A stretch of DNA of 64,000 nucleotides, taken from assembly GCA_963508575.1 (NCBI GenBank), contig CAUOXL010000015.1, positions 18,445 to 82,444 of the forward strand, read 5' to 3'. This document shows, piece by piece, positions 1-10,044 of the stretch (its first letter is position 1; the number at the start of each line of letters is the position of its first letter). A program made the translations under genes and the position numbers. The stretch is from an uncultured Rhodoferax sp. (lineage in GTDB: Bacteria > Pseudomonadota > Gammaproteobacteria > Burkholderiales > Burkholderiaceae_C). The notes under the pieces are model-generated. The model saw only the letters and a list, made by a program, of their open reading frames with translations. It did not search any database and had not been told where the DNA came from.

Positions 1-742
1 GGGCGCCTTGGAGCCCAAAGCCAAAACGGCTTTCCGCTTGCTGCACGTCTCCACCGACGAGGTGTATGGCTCCTTGGCAAAGTCCGACCCGGCCTTTGCA
101 GAAACCAACAGGTATGAGCCCAACAGCCCGTATTCGGCCAGTAAAGCCGCCAGCGACCACCTGGTGCGCGCCTACCACCACACCTATGACCTGCCGGTGC
201 TGACCACCAACTGTAGCAACAACTACGGCCCCTACCACTTCCCCGAAAAACTCATCCCGCTCATGATCGTCAACGCCCAGGCCGGCAAGCCCCTGCCGGT
301 GTACGGCGACGGCCAACAGATCCGCGACTGGCTCTACGTCAAAGACCACTGCAGCGCCATACGCCGCGTTCTGGAAGCCGGTTTGGTGGGCGAAACTTAC
401 AACGTGGGCGGCTGGAATGAAAAGCCCAACCTGGACATCGTGCATACCGTGTGTGCGCTGCTGGACGAGCTCAAGCCCCGTGCAGACGGCAAGCCCTACA
501 AAGAGCAGATCACCTACGTCACCGACCGGCCCGGCCACGACCGGCGCTACGCCATCGACGCCCGCAAGATAGAGCAGCAACTGGGCTGGAAGCCTGCAGA
601 GACCTTTGAGACCGGCATCCGCAAAACTGTGCAGTGGTACCTGGACCACCCGGACTGGGTTAATAACGTGCTCAGCGGCGGCTACCGCGACTGGGTGAGC
701 AAGCAATACGGCGAGACGAACGCAGACAAGGCCGCTGCATGA
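1..742 (+). CDS. rfbB: dTDP-glucose 4,6-dehydratase, C-terminal part (5' end outside window)
   Basis: ORF open to window edge; SDR catalytic YSASK (YxxxK); followed by rfbD-rfbA-rfbC. Confidence 0.93.
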   Translation, partial: GALEPKAKTAFRLLHVSTDEVYGSLAKSDPAFAETNRYEPNSPYSASKAASDHLVRAYHHTYDLPVLTTNCSNNYGPYHFPEKLIPLMIVNAQAGKPLPVYGDGQQIRDWLYVKDHCSAIRRVLEAGLVGETYNVGGWNEKPNLDIVHTVCALLDELKPRADGKPYKEQITYVTDRPGHDRRYAIDARKIEQQLGWKPAETFETGIRKTVQWYLDHPDWVNNVLSGGYRDWVSKQYGETNADKAAA

Positions 743-1644
743 AGATATTGCTATTGGGCCGGGGCGGCCAAGTCGGCTGGGAACTGCAACGCTCCCTGGG
801 TGTGCTGGGCGAAGTGGTGGCGCTGGACTTTGATGCCGGCCAGAACCCGCAGGGCCTGTGCGGTGACTTCACTGACTTGGCAGGGTTGGAGCGCACTGTA
901 GCGGCAGTACACCCCGACATCATCGTCAATGCTGCAGCCCACACGGCCGTGGACAAAGCCGAGAGCGAACCCGCACTTGCACGAACAATCAATGCCCTGG
1001 CGCCCGCTGCACTTGCGCAAGCAGCTATCAAAACAGGAGCGTGGCTGATCCACTACAGCACCGACTACGTGTTCGATGGCAGTGGCAACACGCCCTGGAA
1101 AGAGACCGACACCACCGGCCCCTTGAGCGTATACGGCCAGACCAAGCTTGAAGGCGAGCAAGCGCTTGCACAAAACCCTAAACACCTGATCCTGCGCACC
1201 AGCTGGGTGTACGCCACCCGAGGCGGCAACTTCGCCAAAACCATGCTGCGCCTGGCGGGTGAACGTGATGCGCTCACCGTCATCAACGACCAGTTTGGCG
1301 CGCCCACCTCGGCCGAGTTGCTGGCCGATGTCACTGCCCACGCCATTCGCAGCCTGCAAGCCAAACCTGAATTGGCCGGGCTCTACCACTGCATTGCAGC
1401 GGGCGAGACCACGTGGCATGGCTATGCGCAGTTTGTGCTGGAACAGGCTTCCATCCTGGGCCTGCCGCTCAAAGCCACGGCCGACAAAGTAGCCCCCACG
1501 CCCACCAGCAGCTACCCCACCCCGGCCCGGCGCCCGCTGAACTCCCGGCTTGACACCTCTAAACTCCAGGCCGCTTTCGGTCTGCGCCTGCCGCACTGGC
1601 AAGAGGGTGTGAAGCGCATGTTGACCGAGATTGCCGGAAGATAA
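739..1644 (+). CDS. rfbD: dTDP-4-dehydrorhamnose reductase
   Basis: 301 aa; ATGA overlap with rfbB stop; N-terminal [10 protein letters not shown] Rossmann motif; rfb operon context. Confidence 0.9.
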   Translation: MKILLLGRGGQVGWELQRSLGVLGEVVALDFDAGQNPQGLCGDFTDLAGLERTVAAVHPDIIVNAAAHTAVDKAESEPALARTINALAPAALAQAAIKTGAWLIHYSTDYVFDGSGNTPWKETDTTGPLSVYGQTKLEGEQALAQNPKHLILRTSWVYATRGGNFAKTMLRLAGERDALTVINDQFGAPTSAELLADVTAHAIRSLQAKPELAGLYHCIAAGETTWHGYAQFVLEQASILGLPLKATADKVAPTPTSSYPTPARRPLNSRLDTSKLQAAFGLRLPHWQEGVKRMLTEIAGR

Positions 1645-1663
1645 AGACAACAGGGACGCACAC

Positions 1664-2563
1664 ATGAACACAATCACCTCCAAGCCCCGCAAAGGCATCA
1701 TCCTGGCCGGAGGTTCGGGCACCCGCCTGTACCCGGCCACCCAAGCGGTCAGCAAGCAACTGCTGCCCATCTACGACAAGCCCATGATTTACTACCCCTT
1801 GAGCGTGCTGCTGCTCGCAGGCATCAAGGACGTGCTGGTGATCAGCACCCCGCAAGACACGCCGCGCTTCGAGCAGCTGCTGGGTGATGGCAGCCAATGG
1901 GGCATTCATATCGAGTACGCAGTACAACCCTCGCCGGATGGCCTGGCCCAGGCTTTTCTGATCGGTGAGAAGTTCCTGGACGGCGCCCCCAGCGTGCTGG
2001 TGCTGGGCGACAACATCTTTTACGGACATGACTTTGCGGGTCTCTTGCAAAGTGCAAGCCAGCAAACGAAAGGGGCAACGGTCTTTGCATACGCCGTCAA
2101 TGACCCCGAGCGCTACGGCGTGGTCGAGTTTGATGCCCAGGGCAAGGCCATCAGCCTGGAAGAAAAGCCCCAAGCCCCCAAGTCGCGCTATGCCGTGACC
2201 GGTTTGTATTTCTATGATGCCCACGTCGTGGAGATGGCCAAGCAGGTCAAGCCATCGGCCCGCGGTGAGCTGGAAATCACCGACCTGAACCGGATGTATC
2301 TGGAGCGCGGGGCACTGGATGTGCAAACCATGGGGCGCGGCTATGCCTGGCTGGACACCGGCACCCATGAATCCATGCTGGAAGCCAGCCAGTTCATCCA
2401 CACCATTGAGAACCGCCAGGGCCTGAAAGTGGCTTGCCCCGAAGAGATTGCATGGCGTAGTGGCTGGATTGACGATGCACGCCTACAGGCGCTGGCGCAA
2501 CCCCTGGCCAAGTCCGGCTACGGCCAGTACCTGCTGCGTTTGCTCAAAGAAAAGGTGTTCTGA
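1664..2563 (+). CDS. rfbA: glucose-1-phosphate thymidylyltransferase
   Basis: [14 protein letters not shown] motif; ATG at 1664 preferred over the TTG at 1631 used by the ORF track. Confidence 0.95.
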   Translation: MNTITSKPRKGIILAGGSGTRLYPATQAVSKQLLPIYDKPMIYYPLSVLLLAGIKDVLVISTPQDTPRFEQLLGDGSQWGIHIEYAVQPSPDGLAQAFLIGEKFLDGAPSVLVLGDNIFYGHDFAGLLQSASQQTKGATVFAYAVNDPERYGVVEFDAQGKAISLEEKPQAPKSRYAVTGLYFYDAHVVEMAKQVKPSARGELEITDLNRMYLERGALDVQTMGRGYAWLDTGTHESMLEASQFIHTIENRQGLKVACPEEIAWRSGWIDDARLQALAQPLAKSGYGQYLLRLLKEKVF

Positions 2564-3111
2564 TGCAAGTTACCAAGACTGCCATTGCCGATGTGCTGCT
2601 GCTCGAACCCAAGGTGTTTGGTGACGAGCGTGGCTTCTTTTATGAGAGCTTTAATGAGCGGGTGTTCCGCGAAGCGACCGGCGTCACACTGCCCTTTGTG
2701 CAGGACAACCACTCCAAGTCCGGCTACGGTGTTTTGCGTGGTTTGCACTACCAAGTGAAGCAAGCGCAAGGCAAACTGGTGCGTGTGGTGGCGGGTGAGG
2801 TGTTTGATGTGGCGGTGGATATTCGCCCCGAATCACCGACCTATGGCAAATGGGTGGGCGAAATCCTTTCTGCCTCCAACAAGCGGCAGTTATGGGTGCC
2901 ACCGGGCTTGGCGCATGGCTTCGTAGTGCTGTCGGAAACGGCTGAGTTTTTGTATAAAACGACGGACTACTACGCCCCCGAACATGAGCGTTGCATTGCA
3001 TGGAATGACCCGACCCTGGGCATTTCGTGGCCTGTGATGTCTGTGGCTCCCAAGCTTTCGGCCAAAGATGCGGCGGGAGAAGCATTTGTCGGGCGGCTGA
3101 AAAATTCTTAA
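2563..3111 (+). CDS. rfbC: dTDP-4-dehydrorhamnose 3,5-epimerase
   Basis: 182 aa cupin; FVQDNHSKSGYGVLRGLHYQ; start overlaps rfbA stop (TGATG). Confidence 0.95.
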   Translation: MQVTKTAIADVLLLEPKVFGDERGFFYESFNERVFREATGVTLPFVQDNHSKSGYGVLRGLHYQVKQAQGKLVRVVAGEVFDVAVDIRPESPTYGKWVGEILSASNKRQLWVPPGLAHGFVVLSETAEFLYKTTDYYAPEHERCIAWNDPTLGISWPVMSVAPKLSAKDAAGEAFVGRLKNS

Positions 3112-3217
3112 TTGCCGCACCAAGATGTAAAAATCGTCACACTCAGCGCGCGAAAATTGGTAACCGCTTGATTCGGATGCACTGACACGCCATGGCTTAG
3201 GCTATCCTTGAAGACCT

Positions 3218-4951
3218 ATGGCATCTGCAGACACCACGACCCGCGACCTTACGACCGTCGCCCTGCCGGGGATCGGCCGGGCATTAGTAGCCGCCGGAAA
3301 AATCCCGCAAAAAGTTGCGGAAGACACCTATCGCAAAGCAGTTGCGAACAAAAGCAGCTTCATGGCCGAACTGGTCGGAGCTGCTGCGGTGTCGTCAGCC
3401 GATCTGGCCCAAACCCTATCCAATGCCTTTGCAGCCCCCCTGATTGATCTGGATGCCGTCGATTTGCAAAGGCTCCCCCAAGGGTTGCTGGATGCCAAGA
3501 TCTGCACCGAGTTTCGCGTGCTGGTACTTGGCAAAAAAGGGAACCGGCTCATCATTGCGACTGCAGACCCCTCGGATCAGCAAGCGACCGAGCGGATCAA
3601 ATTCTCAACGCAGATGGGATTTGATTGGGTCATCGCGGAGTATGACAAGCTCGCCAAAATCGTAGATGCCAATACGGTCAGCGCCAGCGAAGCGATGGAG
3701 GAAATCATTGGCGGCGATTTTGAGTTTGACGAATCCGCCGCTGAAATGGCACCAGACACCACCCAGGCCGCCGCAGCCGAAGTGGAGGATGCGCCAGTTG
3801 TTCGCTTCCTGCACAAAATGCTGATGGATGCGTTCAGCATGCGGGCATCTGATTTGCACTTTGAACCTTACGAGCACCAGTACCGGGTGCGCTTCCGCAT
3901 TGACGGGGAACTCCGCGAAATCGCCAGCCCGCCGATTGCCATCAAAGATAAATTGGCATCCCGCATCAAAGTCATTTCCCGCATGGACATCTCTGAGAAG
4001 CGGGTTCCCCAGGATGGCCGCATGAAACTCAAAGTCGGCGCAGATCGGGTGATTGACTTCCGTGTCAGCACACTACCCACTCTGTTTGGCGAAAAAATCG
4101 TGATACGTATCCTCGACCCCAGTAGTGCGAAGCTGGGGATCGACGCGCTGGGTTATGAAGCCGAAGAAAAGGAACGCCTGCTCAAAGCGATCAGCCGCCC
4201 CTACGGAATGATTCTGGTAACCGGCCCCACAGGTTCCGGCAAAACGGTATCGCTGTATACCTGCCTGAACATGCTAAACCAGCCGGGGGTGAACATTGCG
4301 ACGGCGGAAGATCCATCCGAAATCAACTTGCCCGGAGTCAATCAAGTCAACGTGAACGAAAAAGCTGGATTGACCTTTGCTGCAGCATTGAAGTCATTCC
4401 TGCGACAGGATCCGGACATCATCATGGTCGGAGAAATCCGCGACCTAGAAACAGCGGACATTTCCATCAAGGCCGCACAAACCGGTCACCTGGTGCTCTC
4501 CACCTTACACACCAACGATGCGCCCACCACATTAACACGCATGCGCAATATGGGGATACAACCCTTCAATATTGCGTCCAGCGTGATCCTGATTACGGCA
4601 CAGCGCTTGGCGCGACGTTTGTGTCCGAACTGCAAGCAACCCGCAGATCTACCAGAGAAAGCACTTTTGGATGCTGGATTTAAGGCATCGGAACTGGATG
4701 GCCAATGGAAGCCTTATCGGGCAGTCGGATGCTCAGCCTGCAACAACGGGTACAAAGGCCGGGTCGGCATTTACCAAGTGATGCCCATCAGCGAGGAGAT
4801 TCAGCGAATTATTCTGCGGGATGGAAGCGCCTTGGAAATCGCAGCACAGTCCGAATTGGAAGGGGTGCGCTCCTTGCGACAATCCGGACTGCACAAAGTA
4901 CGGCTGGGGCTAACTTCGTTGGAAGAAGTACTTGCAGTGACCAACGAATAA
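3218..4951 (+). CDS. pilB: type IV pilus assembly ATPase PilB
   Basis: 577 aa; Walker A GPTGSGKT; tetracysteine CPNC...CSAC; followed by pilC-pilD. Confidence 0.92.
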   Translation: MASADTTTRDLTTVALPGIGRALVAAGKIPQKVAEDTYRKAVANKSSFMAELVGAAAVSSADLAQTLSNAFAAPLIDLDAVDLQRLPQGLLDAKICTEFRVLVLGKKGNRLIIATADPSDQQATERIKFSTQMGFDWVIAEYDKLAKIVDANTVSASEAMEEIIGGDFEFDESAAEMAPDTTQAAAAEVEDAPVVRFLHKMLMDAFSMRASDLHFEPYEHQYRVRFRIDGELREIASPPIAIKDKLASRIKVISRMDISEKRVPQDGRMKLKVGADRVIDFRVSTLPTLFGEKIVIRILDPSSAKLGIDALGYEAEEKERLLKAISRPYGMILVTGPTGSGKTVSLYTCLNMLNQPGVNIATAEDPSEINLPGVNQVNVNEKAGLTFAAALKSFLRQDPDIIMVGEIRDLETADISIKAAQTGHLVLSTLHTNDAPTTLTRMRNMGIQPFNIASSVILITAQRLARRLCPNCKQPADLPEKALLDAGFKASELDGQWKPYRAVGCSACNNGYKGRVGIYQVMPISEEIQRIILRDGSALEIAAQSELEGVRSLRQSGLHKVRLGLTSLEEVLAVTNE

Positions 4952-4969
4952 AAGCGAACTGGAAATATT

Positions 4970-6187
4970 ATGGCAACATCGAAATCTGCAGATACCAAGG
5001 ATGCGGTATTTGAATGGGAGGGCAAAGACCGCAACGGCAAACAGGTTCGCGGAGAAACCCGTGCAGTGGGCGAAAACCAGGTCAAGTCGATGTTGCGGCG
5101 GCAAGGCGTAACCCCCACCAAAATCAAGAAGCGCCGCATTCGTTCAGGAAGATCGATCAAGCCCAAAGACATGGCGATCTTCACCCGGCAACTCGCAACC
5201 ATGATGAAAGCCGGTGTACCGCTTCTACAAGCTTTTGATATTGTGGGGCGGGGCAACCCGAACCCCAGCGTGACCAAACTACTCAACGACATTCGCTCGG
5301 ATGTTGAAACGGGCACTTCACTTAGTGCCGCGTTTCGCAAATATCCGCTCTACTTCGACAATCTTTACTGCAACCTGGTAGAAGCTGGTGAGTCCGCCGG
5401 TATCCTGGACCAACTACTGGACCGTTTGGCTGTCTACATGGAGAAGACAGAGGCCATTAAATCCAAAATTAAATCCGCCTTGATGTACCCGATTGCGGTT
5501 TTGGTCGTGGCTTTTGTCGTCGTGTCGGTCATCATGATTTTTGTGATTCCATCCTTCAAGCAAGTGTTCACTTCTTTTGGAGGCGAGTTGCCTGGGCCGA
5601 CTCTCTTTGTCATTGCCATGAGCGAAATCTTCATCGACTACTGGTGGCTTATTTTCGGAGGCCTTGGTGGCGGACTCTATTTCTTCCTCCAAGCCTGGAA
5701 ACGCAATGAAAAAGTGCAAGCCTTTATGGATCGGTTGATGTTAAAGCTGCCGATTTTCGGCACGATGGTTGACAAAAGCTGCGTGGCTCGCTGGACCCGC
5801 ACCCTCTCCACCATGTTTGCAGCCGGCGTACCCCTGGTGGAGGCATTGGACTCTGTTGGCGGAGCTTCCGGGAACATTGTTTACCAGCACGCAACACAAA
5901 AAATTCAGCAGGAAGTCTCAACCGGCACGTCGCTCACAGCAGCAATGACCAACGTCAACCTTTTCCCATCCATGGTTTTGCAAATGTGCGCGATAGGAGA
6001 AGAATCCGGCTCCATTGATCACATGCTCGGCAAAGCCGCTGACTTTTTCGAAGCGGAGGTCGACGACATGGTGGCCGGAATTTCGAGCCTGATGGAGCCC
6101 ATCATCATTGTGGTACTGGGTACGGTCATCGGCGGCATCGTGGTTTCCATGTACCTGCCGATTTTCAAATTGGGGCAAGTAGTTTGA
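4970..6187 (+). CDS. pilC: type IV pilus platform protein PilC (GspF family)
   Basis: 405 aa polytopic membrane protein with duplicated GspF-type domains, between pilB and pilD. Confidence 0.9.
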   Translation: MATSKSADTKDAVFEWEGKDRNGKQVRGETRAVGENQVKSMLRRQGVTPTKIKKRRIRSGRSIKPKDMAIFTRQLATMMKAGVPLLQAFDIVGRGNPNPSVTKLLNDIRSDVETGTSLSAAFRKYPLYFDNLYCNLVEAGESAGILDQLLDRLAVYMEKTEAIKSKIKSALMYPIAVLVVAFVVVSVIMIFVIPSFKQVFTSFGGELPGPTLFVIAMSEIFIDYWWLIFGGLGGGLYFFLQAWKRNEKVQAFMDRLMLKLPIFGTMVDKSCVARWTRTLSTMFAAGVPLVEALDSVGGASGNIVYQHATQKIQQEVSTGTSLTAAMTNVNLFPSMVLQMCAIGEESGSIDHMLGKAADFFEAEVDDMVAGISSLMEPIIIVVLGTVIGGIVVSMYLPIFKLGQVV

Positions 6188-7032
6188 TCGGACTAGGAAT
6201 TCAATGGCTGGACGCGGGCCTTTTCAGCGTACTGGGGCTCTTGCTCGGCAGTTTTTTGAATGTGGTCATCCATCGTCTACCAAAGATGATGGAGCGCCAG
6301 TGGGCGGCAGAGTGCGCGGAGCTTTCCGGACAGGAGCCCCCCCAGAAGGATCGATTCAATTTAATGGTACCCCGTTCGCGTTGCCCGCATTGTGGTCACT
6401 TGATTGCCTGGTACGAAAACATCCCAGTCATTAGTTATCTGGCTCTACGCGCTCAATGCTCTGAATGCAAAAAGCCCATCAGCATCCGCTACCCGCTGGT
6501 GGAGTTCGCCACGGCCGGACTTTTTTTCTACTGTATATGGCAATGGGGTGCCACCCCCACTGGCCTGGTCTGGTGCGCCTTCAGCGCAGGCTTGCTGACC
6601 CTCGCCTTGATTGATTGGGACACGACGCTGTTGCCCGATGACATTACCCTGCCTTTGCTGTGGCTGGGGCTGATTGCTGCTGCTCTGCAGTGGACTCCAG
6701 TTGGCCTCAGCACTGCCCTGTGGGGGGCCGTTGCCGGCTATCTTTCGCTTTGGTCCATTTATTGGCTTTTCAAACTTTTCACAGGCAAAGAAGGCATGGG
6801 CTACGGGGACTTTAAGCTCTTTGCAGCCCTTGGCGCGTGGTTCGGTTGGCCCGTTCTGGTTCCCATAATTTTGTTGGCCTCGCTCATTGGGGCTGCGGTA
6901 GGTATTGGGATGAAGCTTACTTCTGGGCTGCGGGAAGGCGGCTATATACCCTTCGGGCCATTTCTGGCAGGCGCAGGTTTTGCTGCGCTCTTCCTCGGGC
7001 CCCAAACCTTGCGCAGCGCGCTAAACCTTTAA
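6184..7032 (+). CDS. pilD: prepilin peptidase / N-methyltransferase PilD
   Basis: GSFLNVVIHRLP, CPHCGH...CSECK, GYGDFKL aspartyl-protease motif; TTG start overlapping pilC stop. Confidence 0.9.
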   Translation: MIGLGIQWLDAGLFSVLGLLLGSFLNVVIHRLPKMMERQWAAECAELSGQEPPQKDRFNLMVPRSRCPHCGHLIAWYENIPVISYLALRAQCSECKKPISIRYPLVEFATAGLFFYCIWQWGATPTGLVWCAFSAGLLTLALIDWDTTLLPDDITLPLLWLGLIAAALQWTPVGLSTALWGAVAGYLSLWSIYWLFKLFTGKEGMGYGDFKLFAALGAWFGWPVLVPIILLASLIGAAVGIGMKLTSGLREGGYIPFGPFLAGAGFAALFLGPQTLRSALNL

Positions 7033-7036
7033 CCCT

Positions 7037-7645
7037 ATGACGAAGGGAAAACGTATTGGGCTCACTGGGGGCATGGGCAGCGGAAAAAGTACAGTAGCTC
7101 ATTTCTTGGTGAAGCGTGGAGCCTTCCTCATCGACGCCGACGCGATTTCACGCGATACCACGGCAGCAGGCGGAGCGGCCATAGCAGCTATTGCGCAAGT
7201 GTTTGGCCCTCAGCTCATTGAGCCATGCGGTGCATTAGACCGCGCAAAGATGCGGGAAATTGCGTTCCAAGACCCTGGCGCAAGAAAACGACTCGAAGCC
7301 ATCATCCACCCACTAGTGGGGATTGCAATTGATCAGGCCCAAATGACGGCCGAAGCGCTTTCCGCACCTTGCGTCGTATTTGACATTCCACTGCTGATGG
7401 AGTCCAGCCATTGGCGCCAGAGCCTGGAAAGCGTCGTTGTCATCGACTGCAAGGAAGACACACAAATTAAGCGAGTCCATTTGCGAAGCGGCCTGTCCGA
7501 GGCTGAAATACTCACGATATTGGCCACCCAGGCGAGCCGCACAGCTCGCCTCAAAGGTGCCGACCATGTCATCTATAACGACGGCATTCCATTGGAGCAA
7601 CTTGAGACGCTGACGCGGCAAATGAGTACACAGTTCGGGCTATGA
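7037..7645 (+). CDS. coaE: dephospho-CoA kinase
   Basis: P-loop GLTGGMGSGKST; conserved pilD-coaE adjacency. Confidence 0.9.
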   Translation: MTKGKRIGLTGGMGSGKSTVAHFLVKRGAFLIDADAISRDTTAAGGAAIAAIAQVFGPQLIEPCGALDRAKMREIAFQDPGARKRLEAIIHPLVGIAIDQAQMTAEALSAPCVVFDIPLLMESSHWRQSLESVVVIDCKEDTQIKRVHLRSGLSEAEILTILATQASRTARLKGADHVIYNDGIPLEQLETLTRQMSTQFGL

Positions 7646-7667
7646 TCCAACGTCCGGAAAATACAGC

Positions 7668-8423
7668 GTGATCCTCTACGAATACCCCTTTAACGAACGC
7701 ATTCGCACCTATTTGCGACTCGAACATCTGTTTCGTCGACTCGCGGAATTGATGGGGCGCGCATCCCCACTGGACCATCACTTTGCTTTAGCCACCATTT
7801 TTGAGGTGATGGACGTCGGCGCGCGCGCTGATTTGAAATCCGACGTCCTCAAAGATCTGGAGAAACAAAAGCAATCACTCAACGGGTATCGCGGCAATCC
7901 AGCCATCTCAGAAGCGGCGCTGGACAAAGTGATTGCCCAGTTAGATAGCTGCTTTACCGCGTTGAATGCACTAACGGGTAAAGCCGGGCAATCTTTAACG
8001 GAAAACGATTGGTTGATGAGCATCCGCAGCCGGGTAGGCATACCCGGAGGCACCTGTGAATTTGATTTGCCTGCTTACTACGCGTGGCAACATCGGAGTG
8101 CGGAGTCACGTCAGCAGGATTTACATCGCTGGGCTGCCACCCTGGCTCCCTTGGCCGAATCCATTCAGTTGTTACTCAAAATGCTAAGGGACTCCGGAGC
8201 TCCCCAGAAAGTCATGGCGGTGGGAGGGCAGTTTCAACAGAATCTACCCCAAGGCCGCACCTTTCAGCTTCTCCGCTTGGCATTGAATCCTGAGTTGCAA
8301 GTTATTCCAGAAATCAGTGGCAATCGGCTGATGGTGTCCATCCGCTTAATGCGGCATGATGAGGATGACCGCTTGCACACCTGCGGCCAAGACACCGCCT
8401 TTGAACTTACCCTCTGTTCGTGA
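7668..8423 (+). CDS. zapD: cell division protein ZapD
   Basis: 251 aa; N-terminus ILYEYPFNERIRTYLRLE; coaE-zapD-yacG context; GTG start. Confidence 0.8.
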   Translation: MILYEYPFNERIRTYLRLEHLFRRLAELMGRASPLDHHFALATIFEVMDVGARADLKSDVLKDLEKQKQSLNGYRGNPAISEAALDKVIAQLDSCFTALNALTGKAGQSLTENDWLMSIRSRVGIPGGTCEFDLPAYYAWQHRSAESRQQDLHRWAATLAPLAESIQLLLKMLRDSGAPQKVMAVGGQFQQNLPQGRTFQLLRLALNPELQVIPEISGNRLMVSIRLMRHDEDDRLHTCGQDTAFELTLCS

Positions 8424-8455
8424 TCTCTACTGAGCTTCGCTTCACGAAGGAAATA

Positions 8456-8656
8456 ATGATGGCGATGACCGAAAAAATGGTGCTGTGTCCCGGATGTGGC
8501 GGCGACAGTATTTTTTCTCCGACCAACACCTACCGCCCCTTCTGCAGCGAACGCTGCAAAAACATCGATTTGGGCGCTTGGGCTAGCGAAGCATTTCGTG
8601 TACCGACGGAAGCCCCTCCGGAAGACATGCCATTCGGAGATCCGAAATTGCAATAA
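8456..8656 (+). CDS. yacG: DNA gyrase inhibitor YacG (zinc ribbon)
   Basis: CPGCGG...FCSERCKNIDLGAW; ATG at 8456 preceded by GAAGGA; the ORF-track start at 8420 is less likely. Confidence 0.85.
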   Translation: MMAMTEKMVLCPGCGGDSIFSPTNTYRPFCSERCKNIDLGAWASEAFRVPTEAPPEDMPFGDPKLQ

Positions 8657-8657
8657 A

Positions 8658-9161
8658 TCAGGTTGCAACGCCCGAGGAATCAGCGCTAGCAGCTACAAAA
8701 ATAGTAGCATCGACAAAGTCACGCTCCTGTGCAAACCAGTCCAACACAGGAATTGTTCCGGGTAACACGGGATGAACCTGCACCGGTAATTGTTGCCACG
8801 AGTAGGCCTGGCCCTCACGCATTTCCAGCTCCCCGCTCCATTCAAGCACTTTGCAAAAGTGAAGTCTCACCAAGGCATGGGGATAGTCCACCAGCTCCAC
8901 ACGCCAAGGAGTTGCACTTGCAATCGTGACACCGATCTCCTCGTGAAGCTCCCGGCGCAAGGCCTGCTCAATCGACTCACCCGACTCGACCTTGCCACCG
9001 GGGAACTCCCAGTATCCTGTATAAGCCTTACCCTCAGGGCGCGAAGTCAACAGGAAAGCACCATCGGGCAGCATCAGAACGCCCACTGCCACCTCTACCA
9101 CCTTGCGATTTACCCCGCCTTCACGCGCCAACAGGGGGTCAGCGACCAAAGGCTGACTCAT
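8658..9161 (-). CDS. NUDIX hydrolase (MutT-like)
   Basis: Nudix box GGKVESGESIEQALRRELHEEIG; ATG at 9161 forms an ATGA overlap with the upstream gene's stop. Confidence 0.85.
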   Translation of the reverse strand: MSQPLVADPLLAREGGVNRKVVEVAVGVLMLPDGAFLLTSRPEGKAYTGYWEFPGGKVESGESIEQALRRELHEEIGVTIASATPWRVELVDYPHALVRLHFCKVLEWSGELEMREGQAYSWQQLPVQVHPVLPGTIPVLDWFAQERDFVDATIFVAASADSSGVAT

Positions 9162-10033
9162 GGCAAGGTAGCCCTGCCCGCAAAATCGCGTGCAAACTGG
9201 TAGGCAACGCGACCACTGCGGGCGCCGCGCTCCAAGGCCCACAACAGTGCTTCAGACCTCGCAGCGGCAATCTGTTCTGCACCAAACCCCAGACTTCCCA
9301 GCCACTGGTCGACGATAGACAAATACTCGTCCTGACTGAACGGGTAGAAGCTCACCCACAAACCGAATCGCTCAGAAAGGGAGATCTTCTCTTCCACACC
9401 TTCACCGGGATGCACTTCACCGTCCTCGGGGTGCTTATAGGTCTGATTTTCAGACATGTATTCAGGTAGCAGGTGGCGACGATTGCTGGTCGCGTAGATC
9501 AACACATTGGGGGTGGAAGCTGCCACCGACCCATCGAGCACTGGCTTCAAGGCCTTGTAGCCGGGTTCACCATCGTCAAAGCTGAGGTCATCGCAAAAAA
9601 TGATGAACTTTTCGGGGCGCGAAGCGACGAGCTCAATAATGTCCTGCAAGTCGATCAAATCTGCTTTGTCGACTTCAATCAGTCGCAAACCTTGCGGCGC
9701 AAACGCATGCAAACAAGCCCGAATCAAAGAGGATTTACCGGTGCCGCGTGCGCCTGTGAGCAACACATTATTTGCCGTGCCCCCTCGGACAAACTGAGCG
9801 GTGTTGCGATAAATCTTTTCCTTCTGATCGTCGATCTCGCGCAGCGACTCAAGGTTCATGGCACCCACGTGGGCAACCGGACTGATGACACCTTGGCCTG
9901 AGCTGCGACGACGGTATCGGAACGCAATGGATGCAGTCCAATCTGGCGCCGTCAAAGCGTGAGGCAGAGAAGCCTCCACACGCTCCATAAAGAGTTCGGC
10001 ACGCGCGAGGAATCGCTCTAGGGCTTCGGTCAT
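9158..10033 (-). CDS. AAA-type ATP-binding protein (DUF815-like)
   Basis: Walker A GARGTGKSS, Walker B FIIFCDDLSF; ATG at 10033 preferred over TTG at 10048. Confidence 0.7.
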   Translation of the reverse strand: MTEALERFLARAELFMERVEASLPHALTAPDWTASIAFRYRRRSSGQGVISPVAHVGAMNLESLREIDDQKEKIYRNTAQFVRGGTANNVLLTGARGTGKSSLIRACLHAFAPQGLRLIEVDKADLIDLQDIIELVASRPEKFIIFCDDLSFDDGEPGYKALKPVLDGSVAASTPNVLIYATSNRRHLLPEYMSENQTYKHPEDGEVHPGEGVEEKISLSERFGLWVSFYPFSQDEYLSIVDQWLGSLGFGAEQIAAARSEALLWALERGARSGRVAYQFARDFAGRATLP

Positions 10034-10044
10034 TGCGCGTCCCG

